Source: Psammoneis japonica (lineage: Eukaryota). Taken from it: a stretch of 64,000 nucleotides of DNA. Positions 34,916-47,549 of the stretch are shown here, in pieces (within the stretch, counting starts at the first letter, position 1; each line of letters opens with the position of its first letter). The DNA is taken from positions 1 to 64,000 of the forward strand of contig QPGO01000227.1 of the NCBI GenBank assembly GCA_008632985.1, written 5' to 3'. The notes under the pieces are model-generated. The model was not told where the DNA came from. It did not search any database and was given only the letters and a program-made list of their open reading frames with translations. The translations under genes and the position numbers were made by a program.

Positions 34916-35907
34916 TTTCGCATTTCTCCCGTGTTGTCTAGAATTTTACATCGGATGCTGGCTGTGGGGAATTTGCAATCTGGCAAAGACAAAGGGCAGT
35001 TTGAGTCACATGCCCGACTTGAGTTGGGTTGGAACAAAATTGAAGTCAAAGGAGAAGAGACGCATTGCCGCTCGACACTTCAGGCACAAATGCATCCATG
35101 AACAAGAACAACCACACCGCAGCAGCACGTGCGATGACTGGCAAGTGTTGTTGCAGTGTGGGCACCACCAATTGGACTGCGGGTGGTGTCAACAGTCTTG
35201 GTGCGGCCGTGATTGTGTGGAGTCGACAGGGCATTGATTTTGATCAATTGCTTGGGGCGCACATGCTGAAGCGAGTCTCACAAGGGCGCACTGAATTAAA
35301 GTCGTGCATTGGTCACACCCTCCAGCAAAAAGTGGGGGAGGGAGGGCAATGGTGTAAAACCGTGTCAAGGGGGACCGTCGGCTTTTTTTTTGCACGTCTT
35401 TTCCAGGTTTTTCAGCATTTTTGATGGATCGCGACAGAAAATGACACGACAAAAGCACGAGCAACAATGATGATGTTCACGACGAGCGGTGAGTTGCAAA
35501 GCATCACCTCACGAGGGATGCTCATTGGTTTCATTGTCGTGATGTGGTGCAGATTGATTTGCATGCTTTCGTCCCTCATGCCATTGGGCCAATTTTGAGA
35601 GACAGCGCAATGGCCGTCATTGTCGTGCTTCGATCGCGGTGCCTGATGTTCTCGTTTTCGAGGGCGATTGAACAATTCTTGCACTTAAAATTGACAAATG
35701 TGAACAAACGCATTCAAACACAATGCCAATTTTGGGACAAACGCTGAAAAAATGGGTCGGCGTTAATCTGCAAAACACGTGCTTTGTCGTGTAAAACAGA
35801 GTCATTTGGCCAACAACCCAATGCTCCCGTAGAATCCTACGTAGGAAATGTGTGGAGGAAATTAACGCGCCAATTCTTCCTTCCATCGCCAGTCTGGAAA
35901 TATCTTC

Positions 35908-38900
35908 TTGGTCCACTTCAGGCACTTTTTGTTTGGCTGTGGCGTCGGCAGGTGTCACCGTCGTTCTCAAGTGGACGACAGCCGCATGTCAGCACCTTTT
36001 GCCCAGGTGGCGACATGGGTTGATGATGCAGGCAAACTTGCGCTGTCTGACCTCATCCGCCAGGAAATGGTTGAGAAGCGCCCCACTCATCAGCCTTCTG
36101 ACGATGACATCAAAAGTGTGTCAACACAGGGAGGTGCTGGCGTTCTTTTGCTGATCAACCAGCCCGTGTCAGTCTTGTTGCAAGTGACCTGCCGGGATGA
36201 GCAGAATGAAGTGCAAGTTGTCATCAACACGTCATCCACCGCTCGACAGCCGTCTCAAAATGCCTTGTCACTGCTGATGGCAAACTCGCAACCAAGAGCA
36301 GCTGTGCTCCAGTCAGCATGGGCTGTCGATGCCGTGGAAGAGTTTCAAGAAGCATGTGACAAGGCACCAAACAAGGCTGCTTTTCTTTCCGCACTTTCAG
36401 TGAAGCCAACCATCCACCAGCAGATTGAAGCAGTCATTGTCTCAGAGATGACAAAGAACAAGCTTGGGCACTTGCAATGCCAAGGCAATGGGACAAGCAA
36501 CAAGTCAAAGAAAACTGACAGAGATCTGGCAGAGAGTGCTCTTCGCAAGACGGCGATGTTGTTCTCTTTTGTTCAAGGGCAGCGAGACAAGCTTGCCAGG
36601 GACAGAAAAAAGATGTTTGATGCTCCAATCCTCAAGGGCATGGGTTTAGCCAGAAGTGCCAAGGCTTTTGCAAAGAAGCCGGAAAGACTTGCCAAGGAGC
36701 TGCTTGCCAAGAAATTGAGAAAGGTCAATGAAGCAAAATGCAGCTGGCCCGATTGGCACAGCCATGAGAAGGGTGGTGGACAGCGGAAGGGTGAGGCGAC
36801 ACTGGGAGAGCTGGAGAATGTAAGAGACATTCTCTCCCGCCATCTGATGTGTTCACAAGAACAAGATGTGCAAAACAAAGATGCAATTAATGCAACGGAA
36901 GGGGCCAAGGCAAGTCCATCGACAAGGCACTCTGTTTCATTGAAACCCAGCCGTGAGCATTCCGACATGTGTGCTTTGCCATTGTGACACAAAGTTTGAT
37001 TTGTTTGCATCCAATGTGTACATTCTCATGCATTCATCCTGTTTCAGGTGATGGAAGAAGTTGTCCATTCAATCTGAAGAGGACAAAGATCAGTGCACTT
37101 TGTTGGAAGAGCTCGAGTGACGTGTTGCATCATCAGACATGTGCAAATTTATCCAAATCACTGATGATGTGATGGGCATCTCTGAGGAGACCTGTCCTGA
37201 TTGTTGGGATCATGTGCATCCAAGGAAGAGATTCACAGACTGTCTTGGTTCAACGAAGTTCCGTCTTGGGTCACACACCTGTGCTGTCCCAGGGAGCACC
37301 ACCAACTGGAAAGTCATCTTCAAAGTCCCTCGAGGTGTCAACAAATCTCATCCAAGAATCACAGAGGCTGTTGCAAGTGCGGCAAAATGTGCTCCCATTC
37401 AACTTTCTTGTTGAGAGATCGCCGACGCAATTGAATCGATTCATGCTGCTGCCGGGGTGAACAGTTCATTGTTGCCTCTCTTCTTCTGTCTGCTTTGCCG
37501 GAGGGCACTTCTCCTACACTTTGTTCCCATTCAGACGACCAGCTGCTTCTTGATGACATCTCTGCATGGACAATCTGTGGGGATGGGATTGATGGAGATG
37601 AAGACATTGGGGCCATTGCTGACATGCGTGCATTGATTTGCCGTGTGAATGAGGAAGGCGGGAAGTTTGGTGTGTTTTGAAAAGCAGCAGCTCAAGTGAC
37701 AGAAATGGATGGTTCTGGTGCTCACTGATGCCGACATGCCGCGGATGACCTGGAGACTGCTGCCAATGCACAATGCGCTCCCGCCATCAATTCCATCCCA
37801 CAGCTTGTTCAAGAGACAAAAAGGATCCTTGTTGAGACAGACAAATTGCAAGAAGGGACCCACTTTTATGTCCCCAGCCCATCCATGGTGCTGTTGCAAC
37901 TTTCACCGAGTCATGAGAATTGCCGGACTCTGCAGCCAGGTGTGGTGGAGAGCTTCCATTCAAGTGCCAGCTTGTGTCCCAAACCACTTGTGATGAAGCT
38001 CATCCACATGGGCATTGGTGTGCCCAGGTGACTGTCAAGCAATGTGATGTCGAATTCCCCAAGGCAATTGAAGTGTTGGACAAAAGGCAAGGGATTGTGG
38101 AGCAAGGCAAGTCAGACAGTGAGCCAGACATTGATTCAATGGACAATGGCTCCTCGATGATGATGCTCCCAAAGAAGTTCAGAGTGACGTTGGCAAGTTT
38201 TTTCCCAGGTGCGGTTGGCACAATGGCAAGGTGTCTGTGAGATCAATCAAAATGCCGAAAATGGAAAGATGCACCAGATCACCTTTGAAGATGGAGAGTG
38301 CAAAGACTGGTCACATGAAAAGATGACAGCCAATGCCAAGGAGGCCAGCATCCCCATTGGGGACATTGGCTTCAGATTTGTCCGAAAGTTTCATGGCGGG
38401 GGGTGTTCAGTGGCAAAGTGGTGGTCACGACATTGCAGAATGACAAGCAGAAGTGCGCATTTGACAAAGACAGAGACGTCAAGGAGCACACATTGGCACA
38501 ACTGGAGATGCACTCAAAACAATGCTTTGCACCCACAGCAACTCTTCAGACAGCAGTGACAATGAGGGCGAGAGCAGCAGCGACAAGGACGAGAGCAGTG
38601 ATGAAGAGCAGGCAGATGCTGCTGATGCTCAGAATGCTGCACACTGCCCAACGAGTGCGGGAGGTTCTCAACAACCCAAGAGGCAAAGAAATTGCCACTC
38701 GGCTAATTGTTGAGTCCCTTCTCCGCACACACATTCAGGCATGTGTTGTGCACAGCATCATCACACAGCATTTGTCCAACTCTCCCTCTCGTCGCAGGAT
38801 GGGGTGTCGCCTTGGGGCGCATCCACACGGCGGACTTACGAATTTGACCATGCACTCCCTCTGATGGGCAGGATGGGTAGCGCCATGTGGCGCATCCGGC

Positions 38901-41143
38901 CAAGGGAGGAGTGGGTTCGAAGCCCAACCGCCCACCCCGGATGGGGTTGGAAAGGGGCAGGCCGAGAAAGAAAAGGAGGCTTGGATTTGAGGCCGACTCG
39001 AACCAGCGACCTCAGGAAGCGTAAAGACTCATAACCACTCAGAATGCTGTACACTGCCTAACGAGTGTGGGAGGTTCTCAACAACCCAAGAGGCAAAGAA
39101 ATTGCCACTCGGCCAATTGTTGAGTCCCTTCTCCGCACACACATTTAGGCATGTGTTGTGCACAGCATCATCACACAGCATTCATCCAACTCTCCCTCTC
39201 GTCGCAGGATGGGGTGTCGCCTTCGACGTCCTCGTGACAATCATCCGCATCCAGGACCTCTGGATCGTAGAAATCGAAGCCACGATATGTAACACACGGA
39301 GGCAAGTCGTAGCATGCGTCTTCAAAGTGTACGTCGTGTTCAAGGATGAGATCTAACTTGGTGTCGTCTGACAGCATGTCCGTCAAATGTGCGGGAGCGT
39401 CAAAGAACTCATCTGGATGCTTGATGGAGTGCAGCTTCGAGGCCGGAAACAACTCAACAGCCGGTGGTTCGTTTTCAAAGGCAGAGAAAGCGTCGGAGCA
39501 TTCGCAGAAGTCATCGGCGTCTTCGGGAGTGACAGTCTCAACCACGATGGGAGACACGACTGGATCCACGACTGAGGTGAGTGCAGGTGGGCTCGTTTCG
39601 ATGCAAACCACCTCAGTGCTGATGACTGCATCGCTCTCCCTCTCGGCGAAGAAGCCGGAGTAACAACAATTGCAGCAGCAACAGGGGCGGAACAGAAATC
39701 CGGGTCGGCAACGGGATCCGTAGCCGCGCACCACATTCCCGTGAAAACCAACTCATTGGGGTCAGATTCGTCTCCCTCTGGTGCCTTGGCAGTCTGAGCG
39801 GGCGGACCCATGGGCACGCCACTGTCCGGATCAGCAACAGAAGACAAATTCCCGGCTGGGGTCTCCTTGGGAGGTTGCCTGCGGTCATCGGCATGTTCCG
39901 CGGTAGAGTGCTTCTGGCAGATTCCAGGTTTGTCGGCACCCTTCGCCGTGCACGTGGCACACCACTTCCATTCCTTGCCATTCTTGTCCTTCTTTGTTTC
40001 TCCGTCAAATTTAGTGCGCCAGGCAGCGATGGGTCGCCTCTTCTTCTTGGAAGGGTCGTCTGCAGGCGGCGGATTGGGAGGAGGATCGTCACGCGGCGGT
40101 TTGGCGTTGCACTTCGGACACGTCTTCTTGGTGTGCCCCTCGAGACCGCAACCACAACAGTGCTGTATTCTGAGTGGTTATGAGCCCAACTCTGATGGCA
40201 ATCATTGCCTCAGCAGCAACAAGGGAACACCGACGGTGAAGGAGATGTCTGGCAAGTGCCTCAAACAGATGTTGAAGGTGCCGCTGGAAGAGCTCAGGGC
40301 CCAAAGGACAGCACGAGAGGCATTCAGTGCTGCCATGGTCGCCCAGTGCAGATCCGACGTTGGATGGAAAGTTGCACAAAGAGGCATTGTGTTGGCTTGA
40401 TCCACCCGTTGTCAATCCTGCCAACAAGGATCACTTCCTGTCGCCAGAAGAGACGAGAGCGCACATCAACAAGTCTGACTTGTCTCTGGACAAGCTGCCA
40501 AAGGGATTGCTCCCAAATGCAAAAAACAACACCGGAGAGCAGGAATCAATTGCAAAAGCGACAGAGAAAGACAGGGCACACACACTGTTGTTTTTCGGCA
40601 TCCAAGGTTCGAGCCACTGTCACATGTGATTCTTGCGGGCCCCCCAGGTGCATCCATTCTAAGAATGCCGTCAGCAGGGGAAGCTTGCCAAATCAAGAGC
40701 ATTTCAAGGAACTTGAGAGCTGGATGGAGAGCGGACATGTCTGCGGCAACACGGTTCCAGTTGCCAGCTTTGTCATTGAGAGGAAGCTCAGGTGTGGCGA
40801 CTTTGTCGAATCGACCTGCTGCAACCCACCCAAGCTTGGACCAAGGGGGGGCAGAGTCATGACAACAGATTTGTGCTCCATTTGCTGCTCAACACAAGAG
40901 ATTGTTTCGGCAGAGGAAATGAAGAAGAGCCATGACGTCGGAGGCAAGAATCCACTTTTGGTCTGCAGGGCTTGTTTCAACCTTCATGTGAAAATGCCAA
41001 CCTCCGGGGGGTCCGGCAAAGAGCGTCAGAAGAAGAAGCAGAAAGAGCAAAGAAAGAGAAAGCAGCTCGAAGTGGCAGTTGCTCAAGGAAGGCGCAAAGA
41101 CCGATGCCGAAACAGCTCCACTGCAGCGGGTAATAGTCAGTAG
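35908..41143 (+). pseudogene. Degenerate DNA-transposase remnant (Zator-like family), interrupted by a Copia-derived insert
   Basis: Fragments DMRAL...GKFGVF(W), VPSPSMVLLQLSP and HPHGHW. C-terminal Cys-rich region KVRATVTCDSCGPPRCIHS...VCG...LRCGDFVEST..LCSICC..VCRAC. The catalytic core and TIRs were not found. Confidence 0.4.
38628..40187 (-). mobile_element. Copia-derived LTR remnant: gag-like piece, PPT-LTR-PBS, short leader, PPT-LTR
   Basis: 186-bp direct repeats at 38628-38813 and 39038-39223 each contain the polypurine tract GAGAGGGAGAG (minus strand). PBS GGTTATGAGTCTTTACGCTTCC (39036-39015) is complementary to the 5' half of initiator tRNA-Met. A gag-like motif KEWKWCATC...KHSTAEH lies near 39900-39980. 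Confidence 0.7.
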
Positions 41144-41307
41144 ACTGGCAGTCGTTGTACACAATGGGGCGTTTTACATAATTGGCAAATCCGGGGTGAA
41201 AGTGGGTGAGGTTATGCGTCCAATACGCGACCTAAGTCAGTGCGCTTGATGGGAGCGCACCTACTACAAGTTGCGAAAACGAACGAAAAACTTGGAGCAA
41301 GAAACGA

Positions 41308-41559
41308 TTGAAACGAAACGAGATTACGATTCGGATCCGGGAAAAGGGACGCGATGGAATTGTGCTGCACATTATGCCTGTTTCGGAAGAGCTTGATGTC
41401 GAATCGCACCCTAGATTTCTGAATGAACTGTACGGATATGGTCGTTGGATAGAGGAGCTCATTTGGAGTGATGCGCAGTACCACAAGGACTTGCATGAAG
41501 CGCACGAGTACGCGAAGGAACTGCGAGCGAAAGGCATTCGTGTGCATACATACATTTGA
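41308..41559 (+). CDS. Small hypothetical protein
   Basis: 83-aa ORF with normal Tyr content in an unmutated island. No motif recognised and the start is uncertain. Confidence 0.35.
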   Translation: MKRNEITIRIREKGRDGIVLHIMPVSEELDVESHPRFLNELYGYGRWIEELIWSDAQYHKDLHEAHEYAKELRAKGIRVHTYI

Positions 41560-41743
41560 GAGGGGGCGGATGGTGGAGTTGACTGCGACATTTTCAAACG
41601 TAGCCTTTAGAGCACTTGTCTTTTAAAGTGCTATCTTGACAGAGCTCTTGGTTCACAAAATACAGCGGCGGGCGCGTGGATAGATCATTTCTTCGCGTCG
41701 AACGGGCCCTCGTGTTATCTGACACTCGAATGCTCGGAGTTTC

Positions 41744-42943
41744 CTAAACCGGCGAAAAATTATCGAAAAGGTCCTCTTCAAGATGGAAGGACAGGTCATC
41801 CTGGTCAAATGACGTTTCCGAGTCCAGGGGAAGACTGCTAAACGAGGCCGTCATGTCCATGGGGGACGACAAGTGGTCGTTCGAGCCGATCGACGACGAC
41901 AGCGAGACGGCTGCTGGTCCGACGACAAATGGCTCCTTGGTCGCTCCTGCATCATTTTCCATGTGGAGCAGCTGCTGTAGAGTGGCAAGAGAGGCGTCGA
42001 CAGTGGTAGACGGCATGACAGCGTTGGGACTGACGTCATGGGTGGGAAAGGTCGAGTCCTTTGCCACCCATCCTTTCTTGGCCTTCATCTTATCCAAGGC
42101 CTTCCTAACCTTGTCGGCGGCAGAGCGGTGATCTCCCTCCACCCAGACGCCCGGCGAAGCTTCCTTCATGAACCGCCCACCACTCTGATGGACAGCGCTC
42201 ACGACCATGTCCTGGTATGCCTTCTTCGCCTTTTCATCTCCACGCTTCTCTGCATCGCGGTACCCCGGCTCAATGCCGTCGACGTACCCGCGGTATGCGC
42301 GGAATCCTGGATGACCTGGACATCCCTTGATGCAAGGGACGTCTGCATCACGCAGGTCCTGGCGTAGGGAGAACGTCAACGACAAGACAACACGGTGTGT
42401 TAGGCTTTCAAGCCAGCGCCTTAATGTCTCTCTGGCATGTGTACTTACAGCAAAGCGCACCACAAGTTGATGCTGAGGCCCATGTTCTTCCTGATCAGGT
42501 TCCGCTTCATAAACAGCATCTCGAATGGCGATCTCTTGATGGGACAAGTCAAACATGTCGCTCCGAGGGTTCACGAACGTAGCTGTCAGGTCAACCTTGC
42601 CCACCTTTCCGATCAGATAGTCGAACTCGGATGCAGCACGATGGGCGTGCAGATTCCCTGAATCTCCGCAGTGATTGATATCCAAACAATGCTTGTTGAT
42701 CAATGCTAGAAGAACAGTCTTATGGTCGGACGAAATCCCGATGTTGCCCCGGATGAAGTCGGCCACCTTGGTGGTCAAGATATGGAGTAGATCATAACAA
42801 ATATGACCATTTCCATCCCGCAACTCCCCAATCGGGATTTTTAGCGGTGAACCTTGCAATTCTTCGCCATCCTTGATGACTTGCACCCAAACGTAGTGCT
42901 CAAGAGCAGCATTGGAAATGCCAGGAGTACTTGATTGATTCAT
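41744..42943 (-). CDS. DUF6824-like domain protein (diatom-expanded family), one intron
   Basis: Motif GHPGFRAYR...EKAKK...VVSAVHQSGGRFMKE...WVE...AADKVRKAL. There is an in-frame 90-bp GTAAGT...CAG intron at 42448-42359. Confidence 0.75.
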   Translation of the reverse strand: MNQSSTPGISNAALEHYVWVQVIKDGEELQGSPLKIPIGELRDGNGHICYDLLHILTTKVADFIRGNIGISSDHKTVLLALINKHCLDINHCGDSGNLHAHRAASEFDYLIGKVGKVDLTATFVNPRSDMFDLSHQEIAIRDAVYEAEPDQEEHGPQHQLVVRFAVSTHARETLRRWLESLTHRVVLSLTFSLRQDLRDADVPCIKGCPGHPGFRAYRGYVDGIEPGYRDAEKRGDEKAKKAYQDMVVSAVHQSGGRFMKEASPGVWVEGDHRSAADKVRKALDKMKAKKGWVAKDSTFPTHDVSPNAVMPSTTVDASLATLQQLLHMENDAGATKEPFVVGPAAVSLSSSIGSNDHLSSPMDMTASFSSLPLDSETSFDQDDLSFHLEEDLFDNFSPV

Positions 42944-43299
42944 CTGAAGAGAGACGGAAACGAGCTGATAATCGGCAACATGAGACTCGAATCGACTCTG
43001 CAAACATCTGAGAGGCCTCCTGTGAGCAAACAAAGCTCATAAATAACTTACTTTCGTAACAAATAGTGATGCTGGCGAGTTGTGCAATGGCAGTGGCTCC
43101 AAAAAGTGAGGCAAGAGGCTCGAGCCTCAAGAACGCCAAACGACCGTCGTGGGTACGTCACGATGACGTTTCTCACACGGTTTGGGCGACGAATGGACGG
43201 ACAGCGCACAAGTCTTTCTTTTGCTCACACGACATGGTGGGGGGGGAAGCACACCACACCCTGGTCATGGCACTTGCTCCTGATGGAGGCAACACCAGA

Positions 43300-45130
43300 T
43301 AAATCATGCTGTGTTCATTGAACTGGGTCACTGGCGGCATCACCAAGGCGAGAGAGTCTCTCACAGACATTTGCTTGCAGGGTGACACTGTTGACCTGAC
43401 CGGGTGGACTGTTGACAACCACCTGCCAACGGGAAAGTTGATTAAAGGAGTGCCAACTTTGGGCAACAAGAAAAGTAGTCACAGGCGCTGCTGCCTCAGT
43501 TCATTCAGTCGGCGCCGCTGGAGAAATGACCCAACGCGGCTTCTTCTGAAAGAAAAGGCAAGGTGAGCATTTGGCATGTTGTGAACTGGGACACATCATG
43601 TGTGCCTCTCTCTCTAACCAAAGTTGATTCTAATGCTGGTGTCTTGCACAATTCTCTTCAAACCTTTCTTCTTAGGGAAAAGAAGTGGCGAGTTGGCAGG
43701 CTGAAGAAAGCAGGCGCCCAACTCAAAGAGGGATTCGCCCCAAAAAAAAGGGTGTGTTCAGCATTCTACAGGTGATGACTGTGGCCCAGGAACACAAGCC
43801 CTTGTCTGTCATTCAGCTGCCAGTTGTCCATCACCTCTTGGAAGCTGTAAGACCCATCACTGCAGGGGAAACGGAGAGGGCAAATTCTCGTCGAACGAGT
43901 GCATCTGTCTCTGGCAACCTGAAGGGACACGCTCCAGCTCTGGGTGGGACCTCGCACTGCTGAACTGTGACATCAACAGTTTTTTTGGATCGCGCCACAT
44001 GTCGCACATGTAGATGGCCATGTGTGACATTCTGCGCAATTGTTTCACACTTCCCATTTTGTGAAGCCAAAGGCTTTCTATTTTCAACATTTGTGACAAT
44101 GAAAATGTGCTGGGTGTGTTCTTTAATTTCTGTGGAGTGTGCCCATGCAAACCATTGTTGATGTGCTGCAAGTGTGAAGGAGGAGATGTGTTCACAAAAT
44201 TGCCTCTTTTTCTGTTGGCAATCATTCACATTTTCATTGCTTGATGAATTTGCTGCGGAGCTTGCACGTAGAATTCTGCGGGCCCAATGTCACACAGAGT
44301 CCCACCTGGGATTGGAATCCGTCAAGGAGGGTTTGATGAAGAATTGGTGAGCACCGACAAGGGACATGCTGGATCCAGTGAGGATTGTTTCTATGGAAGC
44401 CATGGGACTGGCACAGATGACTCCAAGTTGTTGCATCGGAAGCATGCCTGCCCTTGCAATGACTGCCTTCAATGCAACCACCGTCATTGCAACCTGACAA
44501 CCACTTTTGGATGAGCCACCAAAAAGAAGTGCATGCTGCCATCTTCTTCTTCAAGTGTGGCAGCTGTGACCCAAGGAGGATCTGACATTGAAGACTTTGT
44601 TGAAAACCTGGAGGCAGCATTGAATGTCATTGCAAGGATCAGTGCAGCGGACAAGGCGCTGCATCCTGAATGTGAGCACTTTGTTGCTGGGCTGTTGGAG
44701 AAGCCATGCAAACTCAGAAAGGGAGGGATGCATGGCACAAATGGATTGAATGCTGGATGGTTTGTGGCTTTGATTCATTTGTGTGATCAAAAAGAAGTCA
44801 ACAACAGGGGAGACCATTGGCACAAGCTGACTTGAAACGAGCAAGTGATGCAATGCAATGCATTTGTCAGGAGCATTCAGTGGGATGTCACGCTCACTTA
44901 CATCCATGAGAAAAGGCTCTGCAGGCTTGAGAGAGCCTTGGGTGACACCACACAAAAATGTGGCACATTTGCATGATCATGATCTGGTTCATCACCAACA
45001 AAAAAGGAATGACATCGACTGCTCCTTTTTTCGAAAATTCAACTGTCACATCAATCTAGAGTTTCTGCATGAAATTGACCCTTTTTGTTGCTCACAGTGC
45101 CTTGCTTGTACAAGCTTTTCAGTTGCTTGA
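43300..45130 (+). pseudogene. Heavily decayed putative DNA-transposase C-terminal fragment
   Basis: RKHACPCNDCLQC..C resembles RRIPCGCKPCM of the Sola2-like transposase. The downstream segment loosely resembles that transposase's C-terminal domain. Confidence 0.3.
43926..44323 (-). mobile_element. MITE, GAC family copy 5
   Basis: TSD AAGG (43922-43925, 44324-44327). Ends are GACACGCTCCAG and TTGGAATCCGTC. Closest to copy 2. Confidence 0.9.
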
Positions 45131-45984
45131 TGGAACATTAAAAATGCATCGTGTTTGACTCAGACAGTGCAGATTTGTGTGGTTTCATTCATTTCATCCC
45201 ATGTCCCACAGTGCCGTTCCAGGAAAGCAACCCAGAGGATGACCTGGCATGCTCTGGTGGTCCTGGTGACAGGAGCCAATCCTTGAAATGTCATTGTTGG
45301 GTGTTTTTGGTGCAATTGACCAGCCAACCTGCCTGTGAGTGAGCACACGGCAGTCACAGATGGTGATGGACTGCAAAAGAGCCAATGGCAGAGAGGTGCA
45401 GTTTCTGCACAAGCACTGCAAATTGCTTTGCAGGCAATGATCTTTGTGAGATGCACAAGTTGCAACTTTGAACCAAGCGTTCTTCATTGGAGGCCCTTGA
45501 GCAAGTTGCTCTCGCACCACTGACACACACACAGACCAGCTCACCTTTGAAACCAAAGTCTGTTCCACCCATGATGTGCGCTGAGTCACACTCTTTTGGT
45601 GCCACCATTGAAGTGTCATGAGCATGCAAACATCTGACACCCCTGTCTTCAGCAAGCTGGGTTGCTTGCTGCCGTAGAGCTCCATTGGAGATGGTGTCCT
45701 TGCTTGACAATGGCTGGGCAATTGTTGCTCTTGAGTCATGTGCACACTTGCTTCAAGAGCCACACAGGTGGTGGATGAACTTTGCTTGTCATGCCAGTTG
45801 CAGGGCCCCAACAAAAACCAAAATCAAGCGTCAGACGTGTGCACCTCTCAGCACAACCAAAGGAGTTGCCCGCAGGTGAAATGCTCTGCTTCTTGGACAA
45901 TCAATTTGAGCTGCCAAACCTGCAACTGCACACACCCACCAGCATTTTGATTGCCAACAGAGCTGGTCCCTTTCCTGCAGGTGA

Positions 45985-46120
45985 GGTGTGTTCCAGCTCC
46001 AGGTGAGACCTCACAACGCTGCACTGTGGCATGAGATTTCTTGGATCTCACCACAAGTCATGTGCAACACGCGTGTTTTTCTGCATGTGATCTTCCACAA
46101 AGTTGTTTCGTGCTTGCTGT
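45985..46120 (-). mobile_element. Degenerate partial end of a GAC-family element
   Basis: ggtgtgttccagctccaggtgagacctcac...actgtggcat aligns with the MITE end. The other end and the TSD were not found. Confidence 0.45.
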
Positions 46121-47549
46121 TTTGCAACTCCAAAAGCAGCAACACTCTTTCAGATGTCTGCAGAGTTGGGTGTTGCCATTTGCTTTGCACCTTCATCCAT
46201 CCCTGCCTCCTCCAGCCAACTGACAAAAAAGTGCACAACGTGTGCAAAATTTGCCACACAGGCAGAGATGGCCACTGCGATTCTCATTGCAAGTGGCAAC
46301 ACCTGCAGCATTGTAAGGCAAACCAGAAATTGTGTGTTTTGATGGGTTCAGAGGAAGAGAAACGTTTGTGAAGTTGGCACTGGTGGAGCTTGCATGCAGT
46401 GTTTTTCAGCCCAAATCACCAGCAGCCCCACCCAGGGACCCAGGGATGGAGCACACATCAGAGGTCGACACTGCAGACAAGGCACTCCATGCACTGGATG
46501 ATGTGTGCCTGCATTTTGGGGGGAGCTGGATGAGGGCTGAGGACTGCTGGTGATGCTGCAAAAAGGAAGATGAAGCAACAAGTCATGTGCACCACTTCTT
46601 TGACACACTCACGAGATGCGCCACATGTGCCGAGATGAGTGGGGGAAGCAGTGAGAGCTGCTGGGGCTGCAAAGGAAAATGATCCAGTGTTCTCCTGTTG
46701 TCTCAAGTTGTTGCTGCTGGCAAACTCGTTGGCGCCCCGGTGCATTTCTGAGCAAGAGCACACACACAAGGTGTGCGGGCTGACTTGGAGCAGGCGAAGA
46801 TTCTGTGTGATGGGAAAAAGAATTGCATTGGTCACAGGAGAGCAGATGACAAGAGCACTCCTTGGTGATGCAAGAGTCAGCACTCAGCCAAGGCACGTTT
46901 GTGTGGGTGTCCTTCAGCGGCAACGACAAGGTCCGCTGCAAGCTTTGTCGTGGCCGGGCCCCCAAAAGAATGTTCCTTCTGGGGGAGAGGAGTCCAGGGG
47001 AAGTGTGCTCTGACCTGGTGACGACACTGTTGGCATTGACATGGCACAGCTTTTGATCAATGAAAAGGCAATGGATTGGGGATTGGGAATTGAGGATTGC
47101 ACTCTCACGCAAGGTGCAGAGTGCAGAAGCCACAGCAAGCACGACTGAAACCGTCGGGGAGACGTCATGATGACGTTTTCCCTCCGGTTGCGGGCATGCA
47201 CCGCAGGAACCCCTGTGCGGTTTACGATTATGGATGGTGATGTCCGGTAGTTAAGAAACTCAAAAGGTATATTGTGTATTGTTGTTTGTTCGAATATGTG
47301 TACCTATGTTATAACACATTGGGCCCACGTTAATTATTTAAAATGCATGGTGCAAGCTAGAGCCGTCCGTGGCGCCGCACAGGGGTGCACAGCCATGCCG
47401 TTTTCTTTTCGCCCACGACTCCTCTCTCCTCTTGTTCGCACTTCGAAACAGATTAAGATGCGAGTGTGAACCCTTTTGGCTCTCCCATTGTACCAATCTA
47501 CTGTCCTTCTCGCGCCTTGTCTTGATCGTTGCTGTCTCCCACCAGCATA

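Noticed and set aside
6644..38900. Classical RIP or CpG decay alone as the cause of the TG/CA excess
   Set aside because: C->T changes cannot convert TAY (Tyr) to TGY/CAY. CpG decay contributes but does not explain the TpA loss.
38855..38950. Possible hammerhead ribozyme (CTGATG plus hairpins)
   Set aside because: The core is CTGATGG rather than CTGANGA, and there is no properly placed GAAA/UH.
38989..39050. Possible tRNA gene or SINE (A/B-box-like)
   Set aside because: No full cloverleaf or acceptor stem. The tRNA-iMet match is antisense to the element, so it is a PBS.
35310..41215. TIRs for the Zator-like remnant
   Set aside because: Only an 8-bp tgtaaaac inverted match was found, with no convincing TIR or TSD.
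46860..47000. BED-finger-like VWVSFSGNDKVRCKLC (hAT fragment?)
   Set aside because: Too short and decayed, with no further transposase motifs or TIRs.
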